NCBI GenBank assembly: GCA_002189035.1
Contig: NEEC01000007.1
Location: 992,001 to 1,056,000, forward strand
Length of the DNA: 64,000 nucleotides
DNA from: Utricularia gibba
Taxonomy: Eukaryota > Plantae > Magnoliophyta
Reading direction: 5' to 3'
This document shows, in pieces, positions 24,600-37,595 of the stretch; within the stretch, counting starts at the first letter, position 1, and every line of letters begins with the position of its first letter. The notes beneath the pieces are model-generated. The model did not search any database, was not told the DNA's origin, and was given only the letters and a program-made list of their open reading frames with translations. The translations under genes were made by a program, and so were the position numbers.

Positions 24600-27500
24600 A
24601 CTACAGAGTTCATGAGAAGTGTCATGAACTTACCGCTTGGTAATCCAGAGGGAGAAAGTGAGGTTACATCCTAAGACAAGGAGGGGCGTTGACGCTGACT
24701 ATACTTGCTGCCAACCCATGAAAACTGTAAAAATGCTGCCCACCAACGCCACGCTGGTGCTGGCAGAAGGCAATGGATGATAAGGGCAAGGGAACAGGTA
24801 ATCATGCGTTTCAGGACATTTAAAGCTCGGTTTTTTAATGTTTTTCTTTAAACAGAATATTTCCTGTATTCTTTTTGTTAAGGAATCTAAGTCCTGCTAC
24901 ACTGCTGTAAAAACTGTAGAGTAAGAGACAAAATGTTACCTGGTATAGGAATTAGGCATCGCTGAACTGAGGAGACTACAGTGAACAGCACAGCACACTG
25001 TTCCTCAGGTAAGTTGTTGAATGTTCAACTCTTTATTTGCTTGCCAAATGCCAATAATTTTGTTGAGAGTGGGGACTGCGCTCCTTTCCCTGGTACTGTA
25101 CATTGCAGCAAAAAGGATACCCCCCATTAGGTAACAGACAAAAATCTCCAGCTTCTCTGCTTGGCTGGAAGGATGCTCAACAAACGTTGAACTCAAAGCT
25201 TTGTATGTCTCTTTGTCAAATTTACAGCAGTTTTAACATACGGTAACCATGATATGGAACCTGTAGTGCGATTGATGCAGCAAGAGTTGCATATAAAACA
25301 AAGTTAGAGATCAAGAGATAAAAAACAGACAAGCATAGACATCCATGACACGAATACGGAATGCGACCCGCAGTATTTCTAGAGGATTTTATAGACAAGA
25401 CCAACAGGAAACATGGTCATGCATTGAACATACTGCAGCATCATTTGGTGGAAAACAATGGGGCCTGCCGCGCCTTGATAACGTGAGCCATCTAAGTTTT
25501 CTTGCACCATTCTCAAGTATTGCAAAAAAAAAATTGTCTTTCAGGTGAAGAAAGAATATCTCATGCTTGTCTCAAGTTGCACCGTCCTATTTCGTCTGTG
25601 CATGTGTGAAAGAAGATGCAGTTATGCTCAGTGTGGCTAATAAAAGGGCACTGGAATTGGTCCCCCCCTCCTCCCTGTCCCAGTGAAATTCACGAGCACA
25701 CTTGCAGGTTCTAGGCCTGTGTGAATTGTGATGCAGTTCCAAGAAAAAATACATTCTTCTTTGGCACACTGCTGATACTGGCAAAGACTTGACTGCATGG
25801 TAACGAAGAAGTAGAGCGCACACAAAAGAGCAAACAACAAGCTGCAGAATACAGAGTGTTATTCTATGTGATTCGTGGATGCTCCTGCATATGGAAACAC
25901 TAGTCTAACTACCAATCATGTGTGTGTGCCTGCATGATTCGGAATACAAGAAAACCAGGGCATTAAATGATTAATGACATTGGATAGTGTCTTGGAGTGC
26001 CCCCTCACCTGCATATCCTCAGCAAACTCGAGTACTTTTGATCCAAATACCATCATGGCTTGGGACGACACTGCTTCGAGTGTGTCAAATACTGGAGAAC
26101 CAAAGAAGCTGAGAAGTTGAGAGAGAAGAAGGGATGGAGAGAAGAAAAAACAAAGGAGAATGGAAAGTGAGGGAGCTCCATAGAAAAGGCATTTCAACAA
26201 GGCGGATGACAACTCCTCCAACTGCACTGCACCTTTAACTGCCTGACAGAGTCAATAGGAGCAATCATTTTTTCAGTATATTCAGGATTTTGGGAACCTT
26301 ACTATATCATGGACTAAAGTTTTTCTGGCAAAAGGATATCATAAAAGTGAGTGATGCGCCAAATGAAAATCATGTCCATGTATAACAATCATGGTTGTCT
26401 CTGGACATCATAATCCTGTAACAGCTCAACAAAGAGTAGGAAGGGGCCCATGTATTCATTTTCATAGACTTCGATGACAAAACATTTTAATGCATTGTAG
26501 CATAAGCGATGATATGCACATAAAGCATGTATAAACAATAAAGAAGACAGCAATGAACAAGATTATTAACTGCAGCTCTGGATACATGCAATTGCAACGT
26601 CAGAATCCCTCTTCCCTCAATAGCTTCTTTATCAGATGATCGACCACCATCATGGAACTCATGAGATCCCGAAATGCAATCTAATGTTTCAAAAGCTCCA
26701 AGGTAACAGCCCAAAATTCAATATGTAAAGAAGTGTTCTAGCAGAGCTGGTTTCACACCTGATAGAAAATCAACCTTCGCATGTATGTGAAATGACCTAT
26801 AACCGATTGCCACAAAGTTACTTTACATAATGTAAACAGTGCATGGATTCTTACTTTGTAATTAGATCTATGATTTTTGCCATCTGTACAGGAAGAGTTT
26901 TCCAATTCAAATATTTGAGTTGGAGTGCATGAGTTACATACACCACACAATTTCCAATTTCTACCAGGACGCGGAGTTTCAGGAGACGCAAACTTTAAAG
27001 TTTAAACAGCAAAAACAGCAGGTGAAATAAGATGATGAAGGTGCATACAGCATCAAACTTGTTAAGTCATCACCTTGAGCCAAGTAACTTCAGGCTCCAT
27101 CCCCATAACCAGTGACACTATTTTGGACGTGTCCGTCTCTTCCTAGAGGTAGCAATCCTGCTCTCACCTGAAATCCTGACAGCCAGGGAAACACGAAGCC
27201 CAAACCAATATAAGGCAAACGATTAGAGAACAAATATTAATATTGCAGAAAGATGACGCAAAAAACAAAAGAGCATCACCATCCTATGCTGCATCTTATC
27301 ATTCGTTTTCACAGCTATGAACTACGCAAACTCGTCTAAATCTCAAGTTAGCAGGCAACGCCCAAACGGAAAAATCTGCATTTCGACTGCTGTATCAAGA
27401 TCACCACTTGCACTTGTGATGAAAAGATAACTTTCTAATGAAGATTCCTAACATTCATCACGACGGCAATCTGTCATCGTTTGCAATTAAAAATAAATCT

Positions 27501-27900
27501 CCCTATTCAATAAAACTCAAACACAACGGCGATCGGTGTGTGTGAAACGTTCTGAGCTTAAACCCCGGGACGACAGACGCCATCTGCGCCGCCGACAAAC
27601 ACATTTCCTCAGAATCAAAACACATTAATTTCCAGATTTCTTTTTTCACTCCTCAAAGTTGATCTGGAAAAAAAAAATCACCTTCTACCTCGCCCCCACC
27701 AATTTCACCACCCGGACCACCACCGCCACGCCTCTTCTTCTCTCCAGGACGGAAAATGAACTCCCCATTCAAAAACAAATTTACCGTTGAAAAGGTACAC
27801 AAATCTACGGCGGAGTGGGCACACCCCCAATGGGTAAGAAAAAACAACCTCAAGTCTCAACAGCCATCAAAACTCCATCTCCTACCTCACGCCTCACAAA
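24600..27900 (-). other. Unidentified multi-exon minus-strand locus (lncRNA, pri-miRNA tail, small-ORF gene or pseudogene)
   Basis: A series of pyrimidine-tract/AG acceptors and GT donors bounds short exon-like blocks, e.g. ~27165-27075, 26883-26853, ~26100-26005 and ~25845-25590. I recognise no long ORF or protein family. Confidence 0.35.
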
Positions 27901-28979
27901 AACACACCCTGCATTTCATACAAACACTCATTTATTCCAAACCATTATTATAATTATAAATTTTCAAAATAATTTTCTAATAACCTTTCCATTTATTTAT
28001 ATTGATCATGTGAACCATACCTTACACGTGTTAATTATAAAAATGGGCCACATGTTTTATTTCAGAATTTTATTTATTTATTTATTTACTTTTCTCACGT
28101 AATTTTGTAACTAAACCATGTAACGTAGCTTTGTAGGTATACAACCTAGTTTAGTAAATTTATTTTTTATTTATTTTTGAAAAATACTTATATAAATAAT
28201 TTTAATAAAATATAATTTAATTCCTTAAAAATAAAAAAATTCTAAATTCTATTTTTGTTTTAAATGAAAATAACTGGTGTGAATCGTTTCAATCATACCC
28301 TAAATAATCCACATCACGCACATCCTCTTATGCCCTACCACTTATCAACGGCTAATATAGCATCAACATACGAAGCTTTTCAATCTGGGACGTCCACGTG
28401 GAACCTCCTTTATTGCCCTGTCCAACACATACATACACACATACGCCTGCTCAGTGTACGGACCCCATTTATTTGTCGACAATTTTTTAATTCCTGAGAT
28501 ATTAAATGTATCTTCTGATTTCCAAACTCTTTTTTATTATTTTTCACCCAAAAGCCATTAGAAATAAATATTTTTTGTTACTTTTCGATTGTTAAAGTGA
28601 GAAAAAAAAACACTGTACGGGAAAATATTTACCCCATTCGGTCCTTTTCAGGCGAGGTAAAAAAAAATGAACACATTTACTTACCGCAAGTGCAGTAGTG
28701 GTATAGAAAACAAAGCAAGGGTATGATGATGTTGATTGCAGAATGCAAGGAAAGGAAATGGAACCGAAGCCTTGGCGGAAGCCAAGCAGCCTGCGGCATG
28801 TGCTGCAGCAGCACATCGGGACTTGGGCGCCGGTTGTGTGAATTTCATGTTGTCTGCTGCTGGCTTCAGAGCCCTCCATTGGATTTGAACTCACTGTTTC
28901 ATGGCACCCACTCTTGCTGCTTCTGCTGGTAACAAGCACAGAGAAGTGTAATCAAAGGAAATTTGAAGTGGGAGGGATA

Positions 28980-29085
28980 GGGTGGGTTATGCTTGGCTCC
29001 TCATACGCCATCCATAGGAAACCATCGAAGTTCATCCATGGATTCTGCGTATGGCATACAGGGAGCCAGGCATATTCGTATTCAT
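28980..29085 (-). ncRNA. MIR160: MIR160 precursor hairpin
   Basis: Exact mature miR160 TGCCTGGCTCCCTGTATGCCA at 29072-29052 and the star strand GCGTATGAGGAGCCAAGCATA at 29008-28988 form a fold-back. A CT-rich leader and TATA-like CTATATTA (~29423-29430) lie upstream. Confidence 0.97.
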
Positions 29086-30364
29086 ACCCTCCAGGTGCAT
29101 ATGTAGCTTGATGGTGAGAAAACTGCAGTTGCTTAAGATAAGGAAAAAGGGGGGGTATTCAATCATGTTTCTTCAATCTTTGCTGCTGCTGCTGCGTTGA
29201 TGAATAAGTTGAGGGCTAGAATTAGGGTTTAGGGCAACAAAGAAAGCTAAACAGATGAAGAACTCAGCAACCCTTATGGTTTCGCCAGAACTACAGAAGA
29301 AGAACATGGGAAGATGAGACAGAAGAAAAAGGAAGGGGGTGTGGGGGTGTGATGAGGAGGAGGAGAAGGTGAGGAAGAAGAAGAAGAATGAGTTTGTGGG
29401 ATGTTGAAAATCGATTGCCCACTAATATAGACAGCAGTCACAGCACAGAGGCCACCCTATTTTTCGTGTAATATTAATAATACTTATTGTCTGGATTTCA
29501 AAAGCAAAGTTTTTGAAATCATCTTTTTCTGGGTCGCAAAGAGAAGGCTGTTTTTTCCCTTCTCTTTGTCTTGGAGTGCTTGGATTCACACTGATTCCTC
29601 TCTTCTCGCAACACTCACTCTCATTTCTAACCTCTGATGAACACTGATCTCAGCACACTTTGGATGAACAACAGCAGGCTTTATTTAACCTTCAAAACAC
29701 TCATTTTCAACACAGTATGTAAAATCACGATCAAAAAGTATGTGAGCCATCATCTCAGATTCCAAGGTTCAAGGTGAATTCAACTCATAACAAACTGTAA
29801 AGTTCTATGATCACAAATGCTTGATACATTTAGGGTTATATGCAATTTCTAAATTTAGTTTTCAGAATCGAAACTACAAACCCTAAAAAATTTATATCAA
29901 ATGGGAGGACTTGTTGTCAAAAGGAAAGAGCTTGGAAGTGGTGTCTTTTGGGTAATGTAACTGTAAGTGCATCAGGTTTTCTCTCCACAGGGGCGGTGGG
30001 TGCTACTCTCCCAAGTTGCTCGAGATGTTATTACATGTACATTTTCCTCTGAATCGCTCCTGTCGCTTGTACTGTCCCTTCCCTCATGCTGCAGAAACTG
30101 GGTAATAACCCAACCAGATAGAAAAGCAATTGAGAAAACGATGGGATGGGGTTTGTGGGCGGCTCTTTGGGAGTGCTGTGGGGACTGCAAAGTAACTGCA
30201 TACCAGAAACCTAAACCACAATGCACGTCGGATCCAGCTGCACCGTTTGATTGATGCTCGAAGTGGGTAAAAAAACCCTAATAGGCATGGGAAGAAATCT
30301 GGAGCAGAATCTTGGGGTGTCAATATTTACAGCAACCGGTTGCCCATCAATGACAACTCTTCCT

Positions 30365-30602
30365 TTCCGATGAGGACTTGCTTGTCTCTGGATTCAGATA
30401 TTTTTCCTTTTACCCCCACTTTACTAGTGACCAGAATACAAGAAGGGTGGTCTATATTACGCATTACCGGGTCATGATTGAGTTTATGGGTCGACCCGAC
30501 GCCATTGCTGACGCCTATTGGCGTCAAAGAAAAAGGATAGTACGTCCACTATTGCTTGTCTTTGACTCAATGGACTTCCGATGAGGACTTGCTTGTCTCT
30601 GG
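30365..30602. repeat. Exact 27-bp direct repeat, two copies 211 bp apart
   Basis: TTCCGATGAGGACTTGCTTGTCTCTGG at 30365-30391 and 30576-30602. Confidence 0.9.
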
Positions 30603-31868
30603 TCAAAAGCTAAGTCTGCGCATCAGAGATCCACTCAGCAATCAGCTTTGTTTGCTTCTCCTTTCTCTGCTTTTTAATGGCTGGACTGCGATGACTCAAT
30701 GGCAAAAGTGCGCCCAAGATTTGCACTGGATGTGGACTTTGTAGTTCAAATTCGATCCGACCCGGCTTCCGATCGGGAGGGAAGCTGGAACCATCATCGA
30801 TTACAGACTGCAATCCTCACTTTCCAATACAACGAATGCTTAGCCTGGTGTTTTGCTCTTTACAAAAGTAACCGACACCCCGTGACTTGGCGATGCTGGT
30901 GCCGTTTCTGGGCTGTTTGCACCGCCTTCGTTGCTTTGTCGGGAGGGTTTACACAGAGAGTACGCTCTTTTCTTTTCTCCTGCAACATTTATCTTCGTGA
31001 ACTAAAGTAAACAAAAAAAATCAAAAAATCAATCGGAGACAAATTATTTTTTATTAATTTCTAAATAATATGTACTTGGTATTTAAAGTATTACAAAATT
31101 AAAATTTTTCAAGATAGTTGAGTGCAATAATTTCGTCGAATTATCAAAATGATTCGAACAAACTTCATTTAATTGCACGTACATTTATTTTGTACACATT
31201 AAAACAGCCATAATTAAACTATTTTAATTAATTTTATAGAAGTCTTATGAAAATTTTATTGTTAAAAAACTTTATTTCATTTGGTATTCTAAATATATCA
31301 GTACAACATTAACAGGTGTGACATTCTAAATTTGTTTCACAAACAAAATGTGTTAATATTACGTAAAGATTTGTTATTAATAAATCCGATTCCAATGAAA
31401 TAATTATAACACTTTCCCATAAAGAGTTCAATTTTGCCCACAATATTGTTCAAAATTCTAGGTGTCTCATTACAACCCGGTCCGAAATCCGAATTAGTCA
31501 GAATGTTCGATAAAAAAAAATTATAGTGGGCCGGGTCCTTTTGAGCATTGGGTCGGGTCATATTTTAGCCCGTACAATAGGAATCCTAGAGGCCCCACAG
31601 CCCAGTCTAGTTGGGTGCACGAGCGTAGTCTTGATCACAAGCCAGCGCAAGTCTAGTGATAAGTCAAATTCGATAAGTTGAGATTAAAAATAAAATTGGA
31701 CATAGTCATAAGTTAACGAGTTGATTCGATTTGCATATTGGAGATGCAAGCAGCGCAGTCAGATGTTGAGATATGGATGCGGTCACAATTCGGTTGGTGT
31801 TTCTTTACAAATGAACAGCAAAACCAGGCAAGTGCAAGGAAGAAACATATGTTCAGAATCAAGTATTT

Positions 31869-32818
31869 TCAAGGCAAAATCGATCTGGGGATGATTATGT
31901 CCCCAATATTGTTGTGCCAGGGATCACTCAAATGCGATGCCAAGTTCTCCAGCGGCCCTGTTCCTGGATATGCCGACTGCTGCACGCAGAATCCCACAAA
32001 TGCTAACAGAGCAAGACGACCTGAAGATGTACAACAATGGGGTTGGTTGGTTCTTGGAAACAGATACATGGAAAGAGGTATGAAATGATGTTAGTACCAT
32101 TCTTGATCTCCTTCACTTTGAACTCTTGGAGCTTTTGTCGGTCTTTGGAGAAGCCTAATGGGTCAAAAGCTCCGCCAGGGTACTTCTTCTTTTCGGCATC
32201 TGTCTCTATGCTTCTCTGATGCTCAACGAAGGCAATGGCTAAGAACTCGATGACTAAAATGATGGGAAGAGTGCCCCATGGAACAGGGTTGCCCAGATAT
32301 GTGGCCTGCCCCCGGGAATGGCTGCCCACTCCTGGGCCTTAACCCAGTTGCCTAATCCCAAGGCTTCAGGCAACAGGATTCCAGGCTGGGAAAGGGAAAT
32401 TTAGCCCTAAATTCGAAATTGCAATTGTTGAAATTAAGGATGTTGAAGATGCTTACAACAGCAAGCATTGCCCATCGGCAGTGAATTAGCTCCGATTCCT
32501 TGTATCTTTCCAGGTTTGCTGGGACTTCTCCTAATCCAAGTGGATCGAAGCCGAAATCTCTGGATCAACCCAACCCTCGTCACGATCAGTGCGTTAATAA
32601 CATTAACATTAACGAAAAGAAGAGACCTACCCCGGAGCGGAGCCGTCGAGGTAGGGAGGGCGTGCAGATCCAGGCATCCACTCCGCGGACATGACGAATC
32701 GCGAGGAGTTGCATGCGACGCGGAAGGATTTTCCCGCGGCAGCGTATCTGGACTTGGAGGAGAGGAAGGAGGAGCACACGGCGCCGACGCCAGAACTTAC
32801 CAATGCATTGGTGGCCAT
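31869..32818 (-). CDS. LHCA1: Photosystem I light-harvesting chlorophyll a/b protein Lhca1; 4 exons; one apparent 1-bp frameshift at 32309-32313
   Basis: [20 protein letters not shown]|[64 protein letters not shown]|[39 protein letters not shown]. Confidence 0.97.
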
Positions 32819-32997
32819 CTTCCCCTTCAGGTCGATCGGAACAAAAAAAACAGGAGATCAAGAACAGCGCCCGGGCTTGACGAAGCACCGAAGCCGAGTG
32901 ACGGCATTTGTAGGCAAGAGTTGAACTTCAAACATCTGCAAATCCAAATCCTCAACGCTATCGGTTTTGCGATTTTTGTCCCTTACGTCTTATTGGG

Positions 32998-33005
32998 CCA
33001 CGTGT
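32998..33005. promoter_or_regulatory. G-box in the Lhca1 promoter
   Basis: CCACGTGT about 180 bp upstream of the Lhca1 ATG, a typical light-responsive element. Confidence 0.6.
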
Positions 33006-33157
33006 CCACGCCGCTATCACTTCCCAATTTCCTTTTCATTTTATTTAACATATTATTAAAATAGATTTATTCCAAAATCAAATAAAAAAATGAAATTCTA
33101 TATATTACAATGTAACCAGTCAGGCTTCTATGAGGATGAGCAGCATCCAGACGGAGG

Positions 33158-35930
33158 CTATGGCCGCCGATCTTGGTTTGCCGCGTCCCCGTGTCCGTTC
33201 CCTTGGACTCGAGGGGTTTTAAACGACAGGCTGTGGATGCTGATCTCGGTCTGGTGGGGGCTCGACCCCTCCTGCACCGGCGGCTGTTCAACATCCATTC
33301 GAACTTCTCTCCCGGCCATGTCGTTCCAGTGGAAGCCGCGGTGGTGGTGGCTGGGGGAGGCCGATGTCCCCTCGTCATACGCCGTGTATTTGCTGTTCAC
33401 ACTGCTCTCATCGTAGACTCTGTTGTGGCCTTGCAGCAGATACACCGGCGACATCCTCGCGTCGAGCGGCGAGGCCGGCCGGCTCGAGAAGGGCGTGGCG
33501 CCGGGCGATGCAGTCCCTTGCTTTATCTGTTTCTTGGCTGCTTTGTGCCAGTTCTTGAGTGCACTTGTCACGCTTTCACCGAATATCGTCGGCTTGAACT
33601 TCGATCCCATCTGATGATCATTCACAGTTAAAGAGTGTTGCAGAGAGCTTGTTGTGTAACAGTTTTTTCGAAGTGATTTGAGGGTACCTGAGTGACCAAT
33701 GCGTAGAGAGGAAGAGTGACATAGCTGCACAGAACCTGAATCAAGACACTGCAAGATGAACACAAACAGGCACTCTTTAGTTTCGGGAACGCGATCACTC
33801 TGCAGGATCAAGTCTGAATGCAGCATTCTTACCCCATTGTGCTCCGAATGACTATATCCGCAACGTTTTCGTGGTAGCAAGAGGGAAAATGGTATTCATA
33901 CTGCAACCAACAAGTTGGATCCATCACTGAGAAAGAAGCAGGATCTGTATTTGGTTATGCAGAAAGGTTATAACTTATACTCACCACACTCCAAGCCATG
34001 AAAGCAAGTTGGAAGGCGTTCTGGAAGAGGACCAAGTGAATCAGGAAGAGCATAAACTTGGGGCTGTTAAACCAGAAAAGATCATCTCCAGGTTGAACAA
34101 CTGGGGTACCCTTGATCACGACACCGTTCTCAAGGATCCTTGTTCCCATCTTCGTAATGTTGTACTGCAACTTTGTTCCCACCAACAGAATTATCTGTAC
34201 ATGGATTGGAAACCAGGTTCAGCATTTTATTCTTGCAGATTTGATGAAGAAAGCAGGGGATTCTATACTGTACTTACAATCAGTGGAATAAAGGGTAACC
34301 AGTACTCTGAATACCACCCTGTTTCCAGAAACAAAAACAACTCAATCAGATGGAAATCCTTGGAAATTGCAGCAGATGTTGAGTGAGTAATTTCCCATAA
34401 CGTACTCACCATGGGTGTTGGTGAGGAGGAACAACAGAGCAGAAGCCCATAACGCAGGGCTGAGAAACAATCACGAACTGAGTCAAAAAACCATATGGTT
34501 ACAGGAACAAAAAACACAACCGCGAGAAGGGAAGCGAATATTATACCTTATTCCGACGATAGTTTTGAAATCTTCTTCTAATGATTTCTTGATATACTTG
34601 TTAAAATCGAAGGAAGCTTGACTACTGGGAGGCAAATGGGCCTGAAGAAGATTAGGTCATAATCATAAGCTAATAATACATAATCATAATCATAAGCAAA
34701 TGGGATAATTTTCAAAGCGGAATCCCAAGTTCTCTCTTACAGTGATGAACCCATGTCTGAGTGTAAGGTAATCTACTTTCGCAACCGATGCGAAGAATTG
34801 CCTGAAGAAGGAAACCTGTTGGAACAGACGTTCAATGTTCTGAGAATCCGAAAGTGGGATTGATTATCCATTTTTGTCACCTTTAAAAAAAAAAACTTAC
34901 AATCCAGAGAAACACCGGGTTTTTGCTCCACGACTGTAAATGCCTCCGCCCAAATGAAGTATCCCTCGCGAATCTGAATCTCTCCGGGTCTGTTCCATAT
35001 GCAGAAGAATTAGGAGGCGGGTATGACGAAATTGCAGAAGAAAAGTTGCTACCTTTGCAAAAAATACTACTTACCATTGAGGAACAGGTACTCAATAGTC
35101 TTTGTTTCCTCTTCCCAAGATTGCCATCTTCTCATCTGAATACAGAGAGATGTTTGTCAAGTCTTCTCGTTCTCAGAGACAAAACAGAACAAGGTGATGA
35201 AATGGAGATAAGACAATTGTTAGCATACCTTCATACTTCCCAAGGCGTAAGTAAGAACACAATAAGCTATGTGAGCAACAGCCAACATGAAAATGAAGAT
35301 ATGGAACTGATGGATCCCGTAAGCAGAAACCAGCTGAACTAATCCCTGGAAAACATGAAAACAAGAACCCAGTTAGTATCAAGCACGAAAAATGAAGTCT
35401 TTGATGTCCATCATATACACACCCTTCGAAGGCAAGGGTCGTTGTACTCGCTATCGCTTTCTCCTTCTTCTTCGACTCTACATGGATGCCAAGAGTGGGC
35501 AACGTGTCTTGGAACACAAATTCTAGATAGAGGCCCTTGCCCCACAGTCAATAGAAACGAGATACATCCCATAAGCATAAGCTCTGCATGCATGAACAGT
35601 GAGTAAAAACCGATCAGCGACTCAGATTAGAGATGTATTCAGATTGACCCCTCAAAAACTCACCCATCGTGATCTTCTGCAGAGCTTCATACAGCGATAC
35701 TTTCCGCTTCTTCCTCAACCACTGCAAGCACGGAGTAACCAAGCTAGCTTCTAAGTGATCCACGACGCAGAAACAGGGGATTTCACATACAGAAAGTGTG
35801 GAGAAATCACAAGTACCGATCCCAGATGATGAAAGAGCTGTTCGATGGCAATAGATATGACGACCAAAACAAGGCAAACGGAGGCGACGGCCCACGTGGG
35901 CGTTCTCTCCAGCGATCTCTCCGACGGCAT
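33158..35930 (-). CDS. MLO: MLO family seven-transmembrane protein (clade V-like), multi-exon
   Basis: [104 protein letters not shown] (CaM-binding) and [10 protein letters not shown]. Confidence 0.95.
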
Positions 35931-36334
35931 CTCCCTTTCGTTTGTGCCTTCTCCGATGTGCAGAAAAATGATTTGCCAACAGAATGTGCCGTGTGCTACA
36001 GCTTGACTACAAAGACATGGGAACGTGTCCCCTGTATATAGAGAGAAAGAGTCAGTAGAAGACAAGAAACAGCTCAAAGGTTCACCCCTTGTGGAGTCAG
36101 TCAAGAGATTGGACTTTTCATGGTGGACCGGGTCAGCTCAGACTTACGCGCCCATCTGACCCATGGCCGAGAAATTATATTATTTTATTCCAAAAAATAC
36201 GTTATTAATTTAATAATCATTTTCTATTGACCGATTTTTTTTTAATAATTTTGATGATGAACATCAACGTTATTTAAAAGTTTGCCATTCATTCGAGGCT
36301 CCCTCGACGTTTTACCTTTGTCAGATTCATTGCA

Positions 36335-36890
36335 TTTGCTTTTTATCCTACTTTCAAGTTTTCTTTGAAAATTACCTTATGTTCGTCAACCATTTGTAAA
36401 ATACCTTAGATTAAGGTTTAATTTATAAATTAAATCATAAAAAATATAAATACACAAAACTTAATCTTTATTCAACTCATAATACTAAATCTGAAATTTA
36501 AAAATTTTATAATCTAAACCCAAAAATTTAAACTTAAAATCCAAAACTTAAATTTGAAATCTTAAACCCTTAAGTCTTAAATCACAAAACTAAATATCAA
36601 GTTCGAAAATTTAAACCTTCAACTCTAAAATTTAAATCTGAAACCAAAAAAATTAAATCCCAATTAAAATCTTAAACCCTAAATCAGTAATCTTAAAAAA
36701 TTGTGAAATCTTAAACCCTAAACTCTAAATCAGTAATCATAAAAATTACTGATAAAATTATTAAAACTTAATATATAATATTCCTAAGTTATAAATACCA
36801 AATATTAAACTTTAAAATTGAATCCCTAAATTATAAATCCAAAAAAAACATACAAAAACGAAAAAAGCATAAAGTAGGGGAAAACGCAAA
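36335..36890. mobile_element. Possible non-autonomous (MITE/MULE-like) AT-rich element with degenerate AAACCCTAAA repeats
   Basis: A 17/20 inverted repeat (36335-36354 vs 36871-36890) encloses very AT-rich DNA with recurrent CTTAAACCCTAAA-like units. No clear TSD. Confidence 0.35.
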
Positions 36891-37595
36891 GAACAACTTA
36901 TTTTTTTGGTAATTTACAAATCTTTGCCATAAATAGGGTAAATGACAAATAAAATAAAAAAGTCCAGGTATTTAGCTCATTTCCCCATTCATGGCGATTC
37001 TAAATGTTGCTTTCTTTTTAATTCCCACAGCTTTCTTTTCAGCGCAGAACTCCTACTCCATAACCAAATCATGAAAATCATATGTTATTGTTGTTGTTGA
37101 CCGTGTAACGGCCTCACACGTGTGCGGTCCTAATCCAACTCCATGCGCAGTAGGAAAACGGCGAGTGTTAGAATCCGACTTCGATGGTGCCCTCGGACAA
37201 CGGCAACTCCTCCAGTCTCACAATCCGCGTCGTTTGCTTCTTCTTCTTTTTACACTGCACCCACATTACCCACGCCTTTTGCTTCTTTGGAGGTTATAAC
37301 CGTACGGCAAGTAATGTTAGAAATTTCGTCGAAATTCGTCGGATTTCTAACAAAATTTGAACATTGGCTGCAAGGAACCATATAGTGATTGTTGTGCACG
37401 TTGGGTGTCGTGTTCAAAATTGAAGTCATATGATTTAAATTAAGCTTTTGGGGTTTGATTTAGTATTTTGTATAAAAATAATTGTTTTTGTGTTGAACTT
37501 GATTTTAAAATACTCCCATTAGCCAGCCATTCATTACAGCAAAAAAAAAAAAGTACGGACGGTCGGATGGTATTCCTCGCTGTCTGATTCTGTGT

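Noticed and set aside
26161-26182. miR159/319-like complementarity (TGGAGCTCCCTCACTTTCCA on the minus strand)
   Set aside because: Only the half pairing to the miRNA 3' end matches. Seed pairing is poor, there is no hairpin and no MYB/TCP context.
32309-32313. Calling Lhca1, WOX2, AP2, ARF and patatin pseudogenes
   Set aside because: All lesions are identical single-base shortfalls in G/C runs with otherwise intact genes, which assembly error explains better.
37022-37040. miR396-like stretch TTCCCACAGCTTTCTT
   Set aside because: The 3' end does not match (no GAACT) and I found no star arm.
37315-37350. Palindromic GTTAGAAATTTCGTCGAAATTCGTCGGATTTCTAAC resembling CACTA subterminal motifs
   Set aside because: It is an isolated 36-bp relic with no CACTA termini or transposase, too little to call an element.
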